Below, in pieces: positions 12,036-24,102 of a DNA stretch of 64,000 bases. Position 1 is the stretch's first letter. The number at the start of each line of letters is the position of its first letter. This DNA is from Mobula hypostoma (lineage: Eukaryota), in NCBI RefSeq assembly GCF_963921235.1, contig NC_086108.1, forward strand, positions 11,656,001-11,720,000, read 5' to 3'. Both the position numbers and the translations under genes were made by a program. The notes beneath the pieces are model-generated. The model saw only the letters and a program-made list of their open reading frames with translations. It searched no databases and was not told where the DNA came from.

Positions 12036-12975
12036 GAATTTTCAAGATTCAAGTTTGTTCACTACATGTGTGTAAAGGAGAACAAAATTATTGTTACTCC
12101 AGATGCAATGCAGCATAAAGAACGCAATAAAAACACAAATAATAAGTATAAAAGCAATCCTCCAAAATACAATGTACAGTAACAATTATATACATACATA
12201 GACTGATTGTATATAGGGCGATACAAGCTGATGTGTACGTAGTTCCGGATTAGCCGGGTTAATGGGTGGAAATGTCGATCACCCTGACAGCTTGGGGGAA
12301 GAAACTGATTTTGAGTCTATTTATATACAGTACTGTGCAAAGGTTTTTGGCACATATATATAGTTAGAATATGGGAAACCCATATCATTCACAATTAACT
12401 TGACAAGATTAACCGAAAGTACCTGGGGTCACGGCTCTATCGATTAGTAAATACAGGTGCTGGAGAAACCTTGAACCCCAACGCTCTGTGGCAAGCCACT
12501 GAGGCCCACAGAGCTCATGATAGCCTATAATACTGTGCACATATATATAGCTAGGGTGCCTCAGAGGTTTGCACAGTACTGTAGTAATTTTGTGTAATTC
12601 GCTACACAGAAAAAAACAACTTTCATGATAAGTCTCCATTTTATCATACAAGAGGTCCATTCAAAGTCTGATAGCAGTTGGGTAGAAGCTGCCCTTGAGC
12701 AAAAACAACACATTTCTCAACATACACCGGTGATATGAAAGCTGTTTCTGATTCTGGTTATTACATAATGAGAAGATTAAAATTTCCTGAAGTGACTTAT
12801 TGTGAGACCAAGCCTCCATATTATCAGACAAAAGGTCTATTCAAAGTCTGATAGCACTGGGGTAGAAGTTGTCCATGAGCCTGGTGGGACATGCTTTCAG
12901 GTTTTTTTATCTTCTGCCCAGTGGGAGAAGGGAGAAGAAAGAACGTCCAGAGGGGTGGGATCTTTTATTATACTG

Positions 12976-13800
12976 TGTAACGCTCAGTTATATTGGCTCA
13001 TATATGTCTAGGGGAAATCCCACCCAGCACCTGCCTCAACACTTCCCACGGAGTAGGTTGCCGCCTGAATCAATCCCAAACATCAATCATCAGCTAGGAC
13101 ACCCTGTACGTTTTACCAAGTATACTTTATAGATATTACTAATTCTACGACATTAATATAAATTCGATACAGAAAAGGAAGTAATGAAAAAAAGGCGCCA
13201 AGACTTATCAAAGTCCAAGATCTTCGCGCGCAACCGTTGGAGCTCAATCGATTCCTGACGACCACCCGGATCCTGTCGACTCACGGCTCGGGACCACCTG
13301 GAGTGATCGACCGGAGCCTCTCCGCATGTCCGCCATCCTCCCCGTCTCTCCTCCGACTCCCCGTCTCTCCTCTGACTCCTCGTCTCTCCTCCGTCCTCCC
13401 CATCTCTCCTCCGACCCCCCGTCTCTCCTCTGTCCTCCCCGTCTCTCCTGCGACTCCTCGTCAAAAACCCGTCTCTCCTCCGACTCCTCATCTCTCCACC
13501 GTCCTCCCCGTCTCTCCTCCGACCCCCCCGTCTCTCCTCCGTCCTCCCCATCTCTCCTCCGACTTCCTGTCTCTCCTCCGTCCTCCCCGTCTCTCCTCCG
13601 ACTCCCGCCAAAAACCCCGTTCCCAGTCAGATGAGTCAGCATTATCACCCGAAGAAATGATAACATGAACACCCATTGGCTAATAGCACCCTGCTATCTG
13701 TATTAACCCCAGCAAATGTCGAGCTAGAGACTTTCTCAGCATTGAACATAACAAAGAAGCCATTTTAAATTTAACATACAAAAAAGAAAGACCCCGTACA
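12976..13800 (-). mobile_element. Solo LTR (825 bp) with internal minisatellite
   Basis: Starts tgtaac and ends gtaca (TG...CA). 4-bp TSD actg at 12972-12975 and 13801-13804. Interrupts a Rex-like fragment that resumes afterwards. Orientation is tentative. Confidence 0.8.
13330..13620. repeat. CT-rich minisatellite, ~18-bp unit ccccgtctctcctccg(a/t)ct
   Basis: Repeated cores 'gtctctcctccg' seen directly. Confidence 0.9.
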
Positions 13801-13853
13801 ACTGTCCACTATACTGAGGCAGCAAGAAATACAGTACTGTGCAAAAGTCTTAG

Positions 13854-13854
<1 letters not shown>

Positions 13855-13933
<79 letters not shown>

Positions 13934-13944
13934 ATATATATATA
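13855..13944. repeat. (CA)n/(TA)n microsatellite following a Tc1-like TIR (cagtactgtgcaaaagtcttaggcac at about 13832)
   Basis: Seen directly. Confidence 0.95.
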
Positions 13945-14119
13945 GAGCTAGAGAGCAATAGTTTTGAAGAGATTTTTGCACATTACTGTATTAATTTTAT
14001 GGATTGCACTGTACTGCTGCCACACACATTTCATGACATATGTGAGTGATAATAAACCTGATTCTGATATGGGACTCCATTGTGGTCTGAGAGTGGGAAG
14101 GGAGCAGGGAGAGGGGAAT

Positions 14120-14560
14120 CATGGTAGACGGGTCATATTCTGCATGGAGCTTGGTGATCAGTGGTGTGCCACGGGGATCTGTTCCGGGACCCTACTCTTT
14201 GTGATTTTTATAAATGACCTGGATGAGGAAGTGGAGGGATGGGTTAGTAGGTCTGCTGATGACACAAAGGTCAGAGGTGTTGTGGATAGTGTGGAGGGCT
14301 GTCAGAGGTTACAGCGGGATGTTAATAGGATGCAAAACTGGGCTGAGAAGTGGTAGATGGAGTTCAACCCAGGTAAATGTGAGGTGGTTCATTTTGGTAG
14401 GTCAAATATGATGGCAGAATATAGTATTGATGGTAAGACTCTTGGCAGTGTGGAGGATCAGAGGGATCTTGGGGTCCGAGTCCATAGGACACTCAGAGCT
14501 GCTGTGCAGGTTGACTCTGTGGTTAAGAAGGCATACGGTGTATTTGCCTTCATCAATCGA
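14120..14560 (+). mobile_element. CR1 internal RT fragment
   Basis: LLFVIFINDLDEEVEGWVSRSADDTK...LQRD, MEFNPGKCEVVHFG. Confidence 0.85.
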
Positions 14561-14565
14561 GGTGG

Positions 14566-15080
14566 GTGGGGCTTGGGGATGGGGTGGATAGGAGATCCCA
14601 ATCTCATCTGGAAGTTACAAAATCTGACTTTGTTTCAAACAGTTGTCCCGGGACAGAGATTGTTTTGGAGGAGAGGAAATGGCATTTTCAACAGGAACTA
14701 AAATCTATACATCATGTGAAATATACTCAGAGTGTTACAGGAGAAGGAAATCTCTGATCTCAAGCCTCTGCTACCTTGTGGCTATACCCATTCATGGGGA
14801 AGGCTTTTGGAGTAAACCCTGAGGGAAAAATCTGGAGCTGGAGTCCCTAAAGCGGTGTTACGTTGTGTTCAGCGCTGACTGGCGGTTCCTACAACGCTGC
14901 TGACACCAAACAGTATCAGCCTCTGCAACTCCCTTGGATTCATCAGCTGTGTGAGAAGTGGGAGCCTGCCTCGTGGGCAACAGCTCGCTCTCAGTATCGT
15001 ACTGCCTTGGCTTGCGTATGACAGCTCAGACTCATCATGCATGGTAGACCACAACCAACAGAGAGCCCTGCTGACTCAGA
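14566..15080 (+). mobile_element. Unclassified non-autonomous repeat (RTE 5'UTR-like); second copy at about 36325-36665 on the minus strand
   Basis: Shared blocks 'gataggagatc.caatctcatct', 'aggaaatggcatttt...caggaact' and 'catggggaagg...gggaaaaat...gagctgga' in both copies. The RTE relationship is inferred. Confidence 0.55.
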
Positions 15081-15812
15081 AACAACGACAGGTATCTGAT
15101 GATGTAGCGTGTTACAGAATTGTATGGGTAAATTGACTTGTGGAATTGAGGAAAATGAACGACTTGCCAGCCTGCAAACACGATTCAGATTGATTGAAGG
15201 TCACCTTTGTTGATTATGAGATTTTACATGGTTTTTTCAGCAAGTTTAAGTGTAGTATCAGATTGCTGTCTAATTGCTCGCCTCAACTAGCAAGCTCAAC
15301 CAGAGGCTGAAGGGAGCAGCGGGAAAGGCAGGAGAGTGGCCTCAGGGGGATGGCACTGGCTGGTCCAAGTGCAAAAGAGGCATCTTCTGTTCAGAATCAG
15401 TTTAATATCACTGGCATATGTTGTGAAATTTGTTGTTATGTGGCAGCACTATATTGCAGTACATAATACAAACTGCTGTCTTTTAAATACTCCCGCTGCC
15501 TCACGGTCCGACTTACACACGCTTGGACTAGGTGAGAGTAAGAGTTCGGCACGGACTAGAAGGGCCGAGATGGCCTGCTTCCGTGCTGTAATGGTTTTAT
15601 ATATATATAATAAAATCCCTGAGCTACAGTAATTATATAAAGTTAAATCAAATAAGAAGTGCAAAAAAAAAGAGCAGTGAGGTTAGTGTTCGTGGGTTCA
15701 TTGTCCATTCAGAAATCATATGGCAGACGGAAGAGGCTGTTCCTGAAATGTTGAGTGTGTGTCTTCAGGCTTCTGTACCTCCTCCCTGATGGTAGCAATG
15801 GAAACAAGGCAT

Positions 15813-18800
15813 AACAATAGGTACTTCTGTTTGAGTACTGTTGGGGGGGACAGCTTACCTGGGGGAAGCGACAGTGGCCGTGCACTGAGTCCGGCCCTGT
15901 AGCTCAGAAGGGTAGGGCAAGGAAGAGAAGGGCAGTTGTGATAGGGGACTCGATAGTAAGGGGGTCAGATAGGCGATTCTGTGGACGCAGTCCAGAGACC
16001 CGGATGGTAGTTTGCCTCTCTGGTGCCAGGGTCCAGGATATCTCCGATCGTGTCCAAGATATCCTGAAGTGGGAGGGTGAGGAGCCAGAGGTCGTGGTAC
16101 ATATAGGTACCAATGACATAGGTAGGAAAAGGGGAGGTGCAACGAGACCTGGGTGTCATTATACACCAGTCATTGAAAGTGGGCATGCAGGTACAGCAGG
16201 CGGTGAAAAAGGCGAATGGTATGCTGGCATTTATAGCGAGAGGATTCGAGTACAGGAGCAGGGAGGTACTACTGCAGTTGTACAAGGCCTTGGTGAGACC
16301 ACACCTGGAGTATTGTGTGCAGTTTTGGTCCCCTAATCTGAGGAAAGACATCTTTGCCATAGAGGGAGTACAAAGAAGGTTCACCAGATTGATTCCTGGG
16401 ATGGCAGGACTTTCATATGAAGAAAGACTGGATGAACTGGGCTTGTACTCGTTGGAATTTAGAAGATTGAGGGGGGATCTGATTGAAACGTATAAGATCC
16501 TAAAGGGATTGGACAGGCTAGATGCAGGAAGATTGTTCCCGATGTTGGGGAAGTCCAGAACGAGGGGTCACAGTTTGAGGATAGAGGGGAAGCCTTTTCG
16601 GACCGAGACTAGGAAAAACTTCTTCACACAGAGAGTGGTGAATCTGTGGAATTCTCTGCCACAGCAAACTGTTGAGGCCAGTTCATTGGCTATGTTTAAG
16701 AGGGAGTTAGATATGGCCCTTGTGGCTACAGGGGTCAGGGGGTATGGAGGGAAGGCTGGGGCGGGGTTCTGAGTTGGATGATCAGCCATGATCATAATAA
16801 ATGGCGGTGCAGGCTCGAAGGGCCGAATGGCCTACTCCTGTACCTATTTTCTATGTTTCTATGTTTCTATGAAAAGGGAAGAGGTCCTGAAAGGAGAATA
16901 TAGGGAGCTAGGAAGGGAGTTGAGAAAAAGGACTGCAAAGGTAGTAATCTCGGGATTACTGCCTGTGACACGCGACAGTGAGATTAGGAATGCGATGAGG
17001 TGGAGGATAAATGCGTGGCTGAGGAATTGGAGCAGGAGGCAAGGATTCAAGTTTTTGGATCATTGGGACCTCTTTTGGCGCAGGTGTGACCTGTACAAAA
17101 AGGACGGGTTACCCTTGAATCCTAGGGGGACCAATATCCTGGCAGGGAGATTAGCAAGGGCTACTGAGGTGACTTTAAACTAGAATGGTTGGGGGGTGGG
17201 AATCAAATTAAAGAGGCTAGGCGAGAGGAGGTTAGTTCACAACAGGGGGATGGGAACCAGTGCAGAGAGACAGAGGGGTGTAAAGTGAGGGTAGAAGCAA
17301 AAAGTAGTAAGGTGAAAAGTAAAAGTGGCAGGCCGACAAATCCAGGGCAAGCATCAAAAGGGGCCACTTTTCAACATAACTGTATAAGGGCTAAGAGAGT
17401 TGTAAAAGAGCGCCTGAAGGCTTTGTGTGTCAATGCCAGGAGCATTTGTAACAAGGTGGATGAATTGAAAGTGCAGATTGTTATTAATGATTATGATATA
17501 GTTGGGATCACAAAGACATGGCTCCAGGGTGATCAAGGATGGGAGCTCAACGTTCAGGAATATTCAATATTCAGGAGGGATAGACATGAAAGAAAAGGAG
17601 GTGGGGTGGCGTTGCTGGTTAAAGAGGAGATTAACGCAATAGAAAGGAAGGACGTAAGCCGGGAAGATGTGGAATCGATATGGATAGAGCTGCATAACAC
17701 TAAGGGGCAGAAAACGCTGGTGGGAGTTGTGTACAGGCCATCTAACAGTAGTAGTGAGGTCGGGGATGGTATTAAACAGGAAATTAGAAATGTGTGCAAT
17801 AAAGGAACAGCAGTTATAATGGGTGACTTCAATCTACATGTAGATTGGGTGAACTAAATTGGTAAAGGTGCTGAGGAAGAGGATTTCTTGGAATGTATGC
17901 GGGATGGTTTTTTGAACCAACATGTCGAGGAACCAACTAGAGAGCAGGCTATTCTAGACTGGGTTTTGAGCAATGAGGAAGGGTTAATTAGCAATCTTGT
18001 CGTGAGAGGCCCCTTAGGTAAGAGTGACCATAATATGGTGGAATTCTTCATTAAGATGGAGAGTGACATAGTTAATTCAGAAACAAAGGTTCTGAACTTA
18101 AAGAGGTGTAACTTTGAAGGTATGAGACGTGAATTAGCTAAGATAGACTGGCAAATGACACTTAAAGGATTGATGGTGGATATGCAATGGCAAGCATTTA
18201 AAGATTGCATGGATGAACTACAACAATCGTTCATCCCAGTTTGGCAAAAGAACAAATCAAGGAAGGTAGTGCACCCGTGGCTGACAAGAGAAATTCGGAA
18301 TAGTATCAATTCCAAAGAAGAAGCATACAAATTAGCCAGAAAAAGTGGCTCATATGAGGACTGGGAGAAATTCAGAGTTCAGCAGAGGAGGACAAAGGGC
18401 TTAATTAGGAAGGGGAAAAAAGATTATGAGAGAAAACTGGCAGGGAACATAAAAACTGACTGTAAAAGCTTTTATAGATATGTAAAAAGGAAAAGACTGG
18501 TAAAGACAAATGTAGGTCCCCTACAGACAGAAACAAGTGAATTGATTATGGGGAACAAGGACATGGCAGACCAATTGAATAATTACTTTGGTTCTGTCTT
18601 CACTAAGGAGGACATAAATAATCTTCCAGAAATAGTAGGGGACAGAGGGTCCAGTGAGATGGAGGAACTGAGCGAAATACATGTTAGTAGGGAAGAGGTG
18701 TTAGGTAAATTGAAGGGATTAATAGCAGATAAATCCCCAGGGCCAGATGGTCTGCATCCCAGAGTGCTTAAGGAAGTAGCCCAAGAAATAGTGGAGGGTG

Positions 18801-20276
18801 GAGGATTGGAGGGTGGCTAATGTAACCCCACTTTTTAAAAAAGGAGGGAGAGAGAAACCGGGGAATTATAGACCGGTTAGCCTAACGTCGGTGGTGGGGA
18901 AACTGCTGGAGTCAGTTATCAAAGATGTGATAACAGCACATTTGGAAAGCGGTGAAATCATTGGACAAAGTCAGCATGGATTTGTGAAAGGAAAATCATG
19001 TCCGACGAATCTCATAGAATTTTTTGAGGATGTAACTAGTAGAGTGGATAGGGGAGAACCAGTGGATGTGGTATATTTGGATTTTCAAAAGGCTTTTGAC
19101 AAGGTCCCACACAGGAGATTAGTGTGCCAACTTAAAGCACACGGTATTGGGGGTAAGGTATTGATGTGGATAGAGAATTGGTTAGCAGACAGGAAGCAAA
19201 GAGTGGGAATAAACGGGACCTTTTCAGAATGGCAGGCAGTGACTAGTGGGGTACCGCAAGGCTCAGTGCTGGGACCCCAGTTGTTTACAATATATATTAA
19301 TGACTTGGATGAGGGAATTAAATGCAGCATCTCCAAGTTTGCGGATGACACGAAGCTGGGTGGCAGTGTTAGCAGTGAGGAGGATGCTAAGAGGATGCAG
19401 GGTGACTTGGATAGGTTGAGTGAGTGGGCAAATTCATGGCAGATGCAATTTAATGTGGATAAATGTGAAGTTATCCACTTTGGTGGCAAAAATAGGAAAA
19501 CAGATTATTATCTGAATGGTGGCCGATTAGGAAAAGGGGAGGTGCAACGAGACCTGGGTGTCATTATACACCAGTCATTGAAAGTGGGCATGCAGGTACA
19601 GCAGGCGGTGAAAAAGACGAATGGTATGCTGGCATTTATAGCAAGAGGATTTGAGTACAGCAGCAGGGAGTACTACTGCGGTTGTACAAGGCCTTGGTGA
19701 GACCACACCTGGAGTATTGTGTGCAGTTTTGGTCCCCTAATCTGAGGAAAGACATCCTTGCCATAGAGGGAGTACAGAGAAGGTTCACCAGATTGATTCC
19801 TGGGATGGCAGGACTTTCATATGAAGAAAGACTGGATGAACTAGGCTTGTACGCGTTGGAATTTAGAAGATTGAGGGGGGATCTGGTTGAAACGTATAAA
19901 ATCCTAAAGGGATTGGACAGGCTAGATGCAGGAAGATTGTTCCCGATGTTGGGGAAGTCCAGAACGAGGGGTCACGGTTTGAGGATAAAGGCGAAGCCTT
20001 TTAGGACTGAGATTAGGAAAAACTTCTTCACACAGAGAATGGTGAATCTGTGGAATTCTCTGCCACAGGAAACAGTTGAGGCCAGTTCATTGGCTATATT
20101 TAAGAGGGAGTTAGATATGGCCCTTGTGGCTACGGGGATCAAGGGGTATGGAGGGAAGGCTGGTGCAGAGTTCTGAGTTGGATGATCAGCCATGATCATA
20201 ATAAATGGAGGTGCAGGCTCGAAGGTCCGAATGGCCTACTCCTGCACCTATTTTCTATGTTTTCTATGTTTTCTAT
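15813..20276 (+). mobile_element. Near full-length CR1 LINE (ORF1 SGNH/GDSL esterase; ORF2 APE plus RT), disrupted
   Basis: ORF1 motifs IGDSIVRG, SGARVQD, VHIGTND and DGLPLNPRG; ORF2 pieces 17189..17857, 17888..18820, 18798..19700 (KFADD) and 19682..20176; (TTTCTATG)n tail. Stop at 17855-17857 and frameshifts near 18797 and 19670. Confidence 0.95.
16134..16870 (+). mobile_element. 5'-truncated CR1 copy of the same family nested in ORF1 of the host CR1
   Basis: Nearly identical to 19539-20276; TSD gaaaaggg at 16126-16133 and 16871-16878. Removing it restores ORF1 ...NDIGRKR-EEVLKG... Confidence 0.92.
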
Positions 20277-20548
20277 GACCTGGGTGATGAAGGTCCTTAA
20301 CGATGGATGCTGCCTTTCTGAGGTATCGCTGCTTGAAGATGTCCTGGATGCTGCGGAGGCTAGTTCCCATGACTGAGTTTACAACACTCTGCAGCATATT
20401 TCAATCCTGTGTAGAGGCCCCTCCAAACCAGACGGTGATGTGGTATATTTGTAGAAAGTTTTGAGTGTCTTTGGTGACATATCAAATATCCTCAAACTCC
20501 TAAGGGAATATAACCGCTGTTGTGCCTTCTTTGTAACTGCATCGATAT

Positions 20549-21388
20549 TGTGGCGCTCCAGAGATGTAAACGATAGCCTGTCCCAACATTCCGAGTGGCC
20601 AGCACTGTTTATTGTTCTTGTTTTAAAATGTGTTCATGGGATTATGGTGGGATGTTCAAGTTCATTTGTTGTTAAATTTTAGCTTGGGTTATACAAGGGG
20701 TGATTGGTAAGTTCTTGGCCTAAGGTAGAAGGAGTCAATTTTAGAAAACCTAGCACATTAATTTTTCCTACATTTACACACTTAGTCCAGCGGTCGTGGA
20801 GCATACGGATCCCTTCTTTGTAGAAGTCGGCGTCTTGGACCTCCAGAAAGTGGTCCACAGCAGGGGTGATTGATAAGTTTGTGGCCTAAGGTAGAAGGAG
20901 ATGAGTTATACAGCTGTCGTTACATGCACGTGCAGTTCAACTCTTCAAGTGTTTATGCAGAAAGTTTGTAGTTAATAACTCATCTCTTTCTACCTTAGGT
21001 CACGAACCTATCAATCACCCCTGCTGTGGACCACTTTCTGGAGGTCCAAGACGTCGACTTCTACAAAGAAGGGATCTGTATGCTCCATGACCACTGGACT
21101 AAGTGTGTAAATGTAGGAGGGGACTATGTAAACAGAAAATGTGTTAGGTTTTCTAAAACTGACTCTTTCTGCCTTAGGCCACAAGCTTATCAATCACCGC
21201 TCGTACAGTTCTTCACTCGTGTGTTTGTGGGTCCCCTTGACTGTAACCCGAGTGTGTAATAATCACCTCTCCCAACTGTATGTGACGGTGTGGGGTCTGT
21301 TTCCCGAGTCATAGCACCTGGTCTGTTTCTGTGCTTGTGGTAATAAACATGTCAGTTGAGATAAACAAGCTTTTCTTTTCTGTCATCA
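20549..21388 (+). repeat. 5' LTR of the Gypsy element (interrupted by a MITE)
   Basis: Starts tgtggcgctccag and ends ...catca; aataaa at about 21342; aligns with 26876-27183 once 20694-21205 is removed. Confidence 0.88.
20694..21203. mobile_element. Palindromic mariner-derived MITE
   Basis: TA TSD at 20692-20693 and 21204-21205. ~215-230 bp inverted arms carry the mariner C-terminal remnant DFYKEGICMLHDHWTKCVNVGGDYV. The empty site gggttatacagtt is present in the 3' LTR. Confidence 0.92.
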
Positions 21389-21406
21389 TGGTGTCAGGAG
21401 TGGGAT
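21389..21406 (+). promoter_or_regulatory. Primer binding site complementary to the tRNA-Leu 3' end
   Basis: tggtgtcaggagtgggat immediately after the 5' LTR is the reverse complement of ...ATCCCACTCCTGACACCA, the vertebrate tRNA-Leu(CAG)-type 3' end as recalled. Confidence 0.85.
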
Positions 21407-24102
21407 ACGAAAGCGATGGTGAAATTGAAGAGCTATGATGTCGGATGCAGTACCTTAAGACCCGGAGAATAAGCTGAGGGACAGAGCAGTATGCCTCCCC
21501 TGCACCCCAGGCCAGGCTCCCAAAGACGGGACGCCGACCTGGAGGGAGGACCTGGGAACTGAACACCGTGCTGTCGCCCACACCAGGGAACCCAAGGTGC
21601 CGCAGCAGAAACCGCCAATGCCGCCAGAGAAAGAGGAGGACCAACAGGCCCCAGCAATTAATGTCACAAGGTCCATCCTGAAGCTCCCCAGATACAATGG
21701 TGCCAGCCGCCTGGAGCCTTAGCTAGCACAAGTCAAACTTGCCACACGGCACAATGGGTGGAGTCCCACTGAGATGACGGTACACCCTGCCCTGGCGCTG
21801 GAGGGCACTGCCCTCCAGGCTCTCCTCAACCCAACACCAGTAGAGCAGCGTGACTACAGGGCCCTCGTTGTGGTGCTGGAGCAACGTTTCAGGAAGAGGC
21901 CTTCGGAGGAAGCAATGAGGGAACAACTGAACTGCAGACACGCCATGTGGGAGAAAGCCTGTGGGAGTTTGCAGCAGATCTCCACCACTGTGCTCAGCAT
22001 GGCTACCCCCAAATTCCCTCCCAAGGCCTAGGAAGAGCTTGCCCTCCATGCCTTCATAAAGGCGCTGACACCGGAGCGCCCTTGACAGCATGTTCGCCTG
22101 ACATCACCATCGTCGCTGGCCGAGGTGGAGAGGGCAGGAACAATTTTAGTCCCCAAAGCACTTCAGCATTGCCCGAGACCACCAGCAGAACCCTTCCATT
22201 GGTTGCCTCTCTGGGTGAATTGTTTGGTGAAGAACAAGGCTTATACGTGGACTGTGTGTGGAGGGCATCAGATGCCGTGAGTTGGTGGACATGGGGTCAA
22301 ACTATCACCACCATCCATCTGGGTGTTCCCCCCAACACAGTGTAGCCATCCCCGCTTGAGTGGACAACGACGGTGGTCCGGCTAGCTACGGTCACCGGCG
22401 ACTGTGCGGCCGTGAGAGGGAAAAGGTAGCCGCACATCGCAGTGGGGAAAAGTACAACAGAGCACGAGGTGTTGGTCACTGACTCACGGGACTCATGCGT
22501 CACTGGTCTGGGGATGTGCCGGGGGCAGCACTCTACCTCAGTGCTGAGGCCATGGCTCTCCGGCAGGGCAGCTTCAGGAAGCGCAGGAAACAAACCAAGC
22601 GGGCGCAGCAACGACCATCACGGCCTCCCCAGGGCAGCTCACTGTGCCCCTGTCATCGGCAACTGCATCGGCACAGACGACATTGGCAGCACTACTGTGG
22701 CACCCTCCAACGAGACCGTCCAGGCAGTGCGAGTGCCTGGATCAGGGCCAGTGGAGGTGGCTGAAAGATCTCCTGGACCAGCACCTCGACATCCTCGTAG
22801 CCAGGGATGAGGACTGCAGACACACGGTGCTGGTCCAAAACCACATTAACACCGGGGACACCCAGCCTGTCCACTTGTCTACTGGCCCTTGCCAAACGCA
22901 AGGCTGCCAGGCAGTGGATCAAAGAGATGGCAATGGCTGGCATCATCGAGCCCTCTGATGACCCATGGGCAGCCCCTACGGTGCTGACCAGGAAGAAAGG
23001 TGGATCATGCTGGTTCCGCGTAGGCTACCGCCATCTCAATGCCGTGACCCAGAGGGACTCCTACCCACGTCCCCGAATTGATGATGCTGTGAACTGTATC
23101 GTGGGTTCAGCTTGGTTCAGCTCCCTTGATCTCCGCGGTGGCAACTGGCCCCAGAGGCCCAGACCAAGACTGTCTTCACCATGGGGTGTGGCACTTTCAG
23201 GTAATGCCGCTTGGCCTGTGTAATACCCCAGCCACATGCGAAAGACTGATGGAGAGGGTGCTGGTTCACATTCCACTGAGCTGCTGTGTTATGTATTTGA
23301 TTGAGCTCCTTGAGCACGCTGGCATATTTGATGATGCTTTGTGGAGCTCACAAGAGGTCTTTGCCACCATCTCTCAGGCAAACCCCTGGGGTACGCAGTG
23401 ATTGCGTAAGGAGTGGCGATGGACCCTGAGAAGGTGTCAGCGGTCAGGGAATGGCTCACCCCCCCCATGACGTCTCTGGGCTTCGCAGCTTCCTGGGGTT
23501 GGCATCATACTTTGGTCGGTTTATTAAGGACTTTGCCACCGTCTCCAGTTCCCTGCATCAGCTCACCAAGAAGGGGGAGGCCCTTCACCTGGACTGACAT
23601 CCGCGCTGCCGCTTTTGACCGCTCCGAGCTACACTCACCCGGGCCCCATGCTGGCCTCAGTGAGGCTGAACGTGAGATGGCGGCTGTTGTGGGGGGAGAT
23701 CTCCGTCCTGGATCCAGAGACCACTGGAGTTGTGCGATAGGTCGCTCTTTGTTGGTGGCAGTTTTCTGATGGCGACAGACATTTCCTGCAGCTGGTGTTC
23801 CCCCGGGGGTTGGTGCACAGTCTGGCGGGGACTGCCATTTCAGGGTTTCAAAGACGTTGGGAAAACAGTATGAACGCTTCTACTGGCCTGGGTACAGGCA
23901 AGACGCTGAGCTGTTCGCGCCCCATTGTGTCGCTTGAACGTCCCAGAAGGGGCTGGGCCGCAGACTAGGATGCCAGTGCAGCAGTACCAGGTGGAAGCTC
24001 CAGTGGAGTGTGTCGAGAGGGACATCCTGGGTTCCTTCCCCCGCAGTGACACCGGGAACCGCTACATTCTCGTGGTCATCAATAACTTCACGAAGTGGCC
24101 AG

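Larger units (their letters stand above)
15390..20548 (-). mobile_element. Rex/Babar-like fragment (about 15390-15812 and 20277-20548) hosting the CR1 and Gypsy insertions
   Basis: 'cagaatcagtttaatatcactggcatatgttgtgaaatttg' tail; the sequence ...aaggcat|gacctgggtgatg... joins across the CR1. Confidence 0.7.

Noticed and set aside
13153..13676. Five overlapping ORFs rich in R/G/E or P/S/L, and a CRISPR-like look
   Set aside because: Produced by a stop-free minisatellite; no unique spacers or cas genes, and the context is eukaryotic.
15938..17183. GDSL/SGNH esterase as a host or horizontally acquired gene
   Set aside because: It is the ORF1 esterase domain known from CR1-clade LINEs, in its normal position upstream of ORF2.
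16134..20276. The two ~740-bp direct repeats as LTRs or an assembly duplication
   Set aside because: They are CR1 ORF2 3' ends with microsatellite tails, lack TG..CA termini and PBS, differ at many positions, and the first has its own TSD.
21389..21412. tRNA gene
   Set aside because: Only an 18-nt complement to a tRNA 3' end including CCA, which is a PBS. The SINE heads at about 5200, 31130 and 53335 are likewise not tRNA genes.
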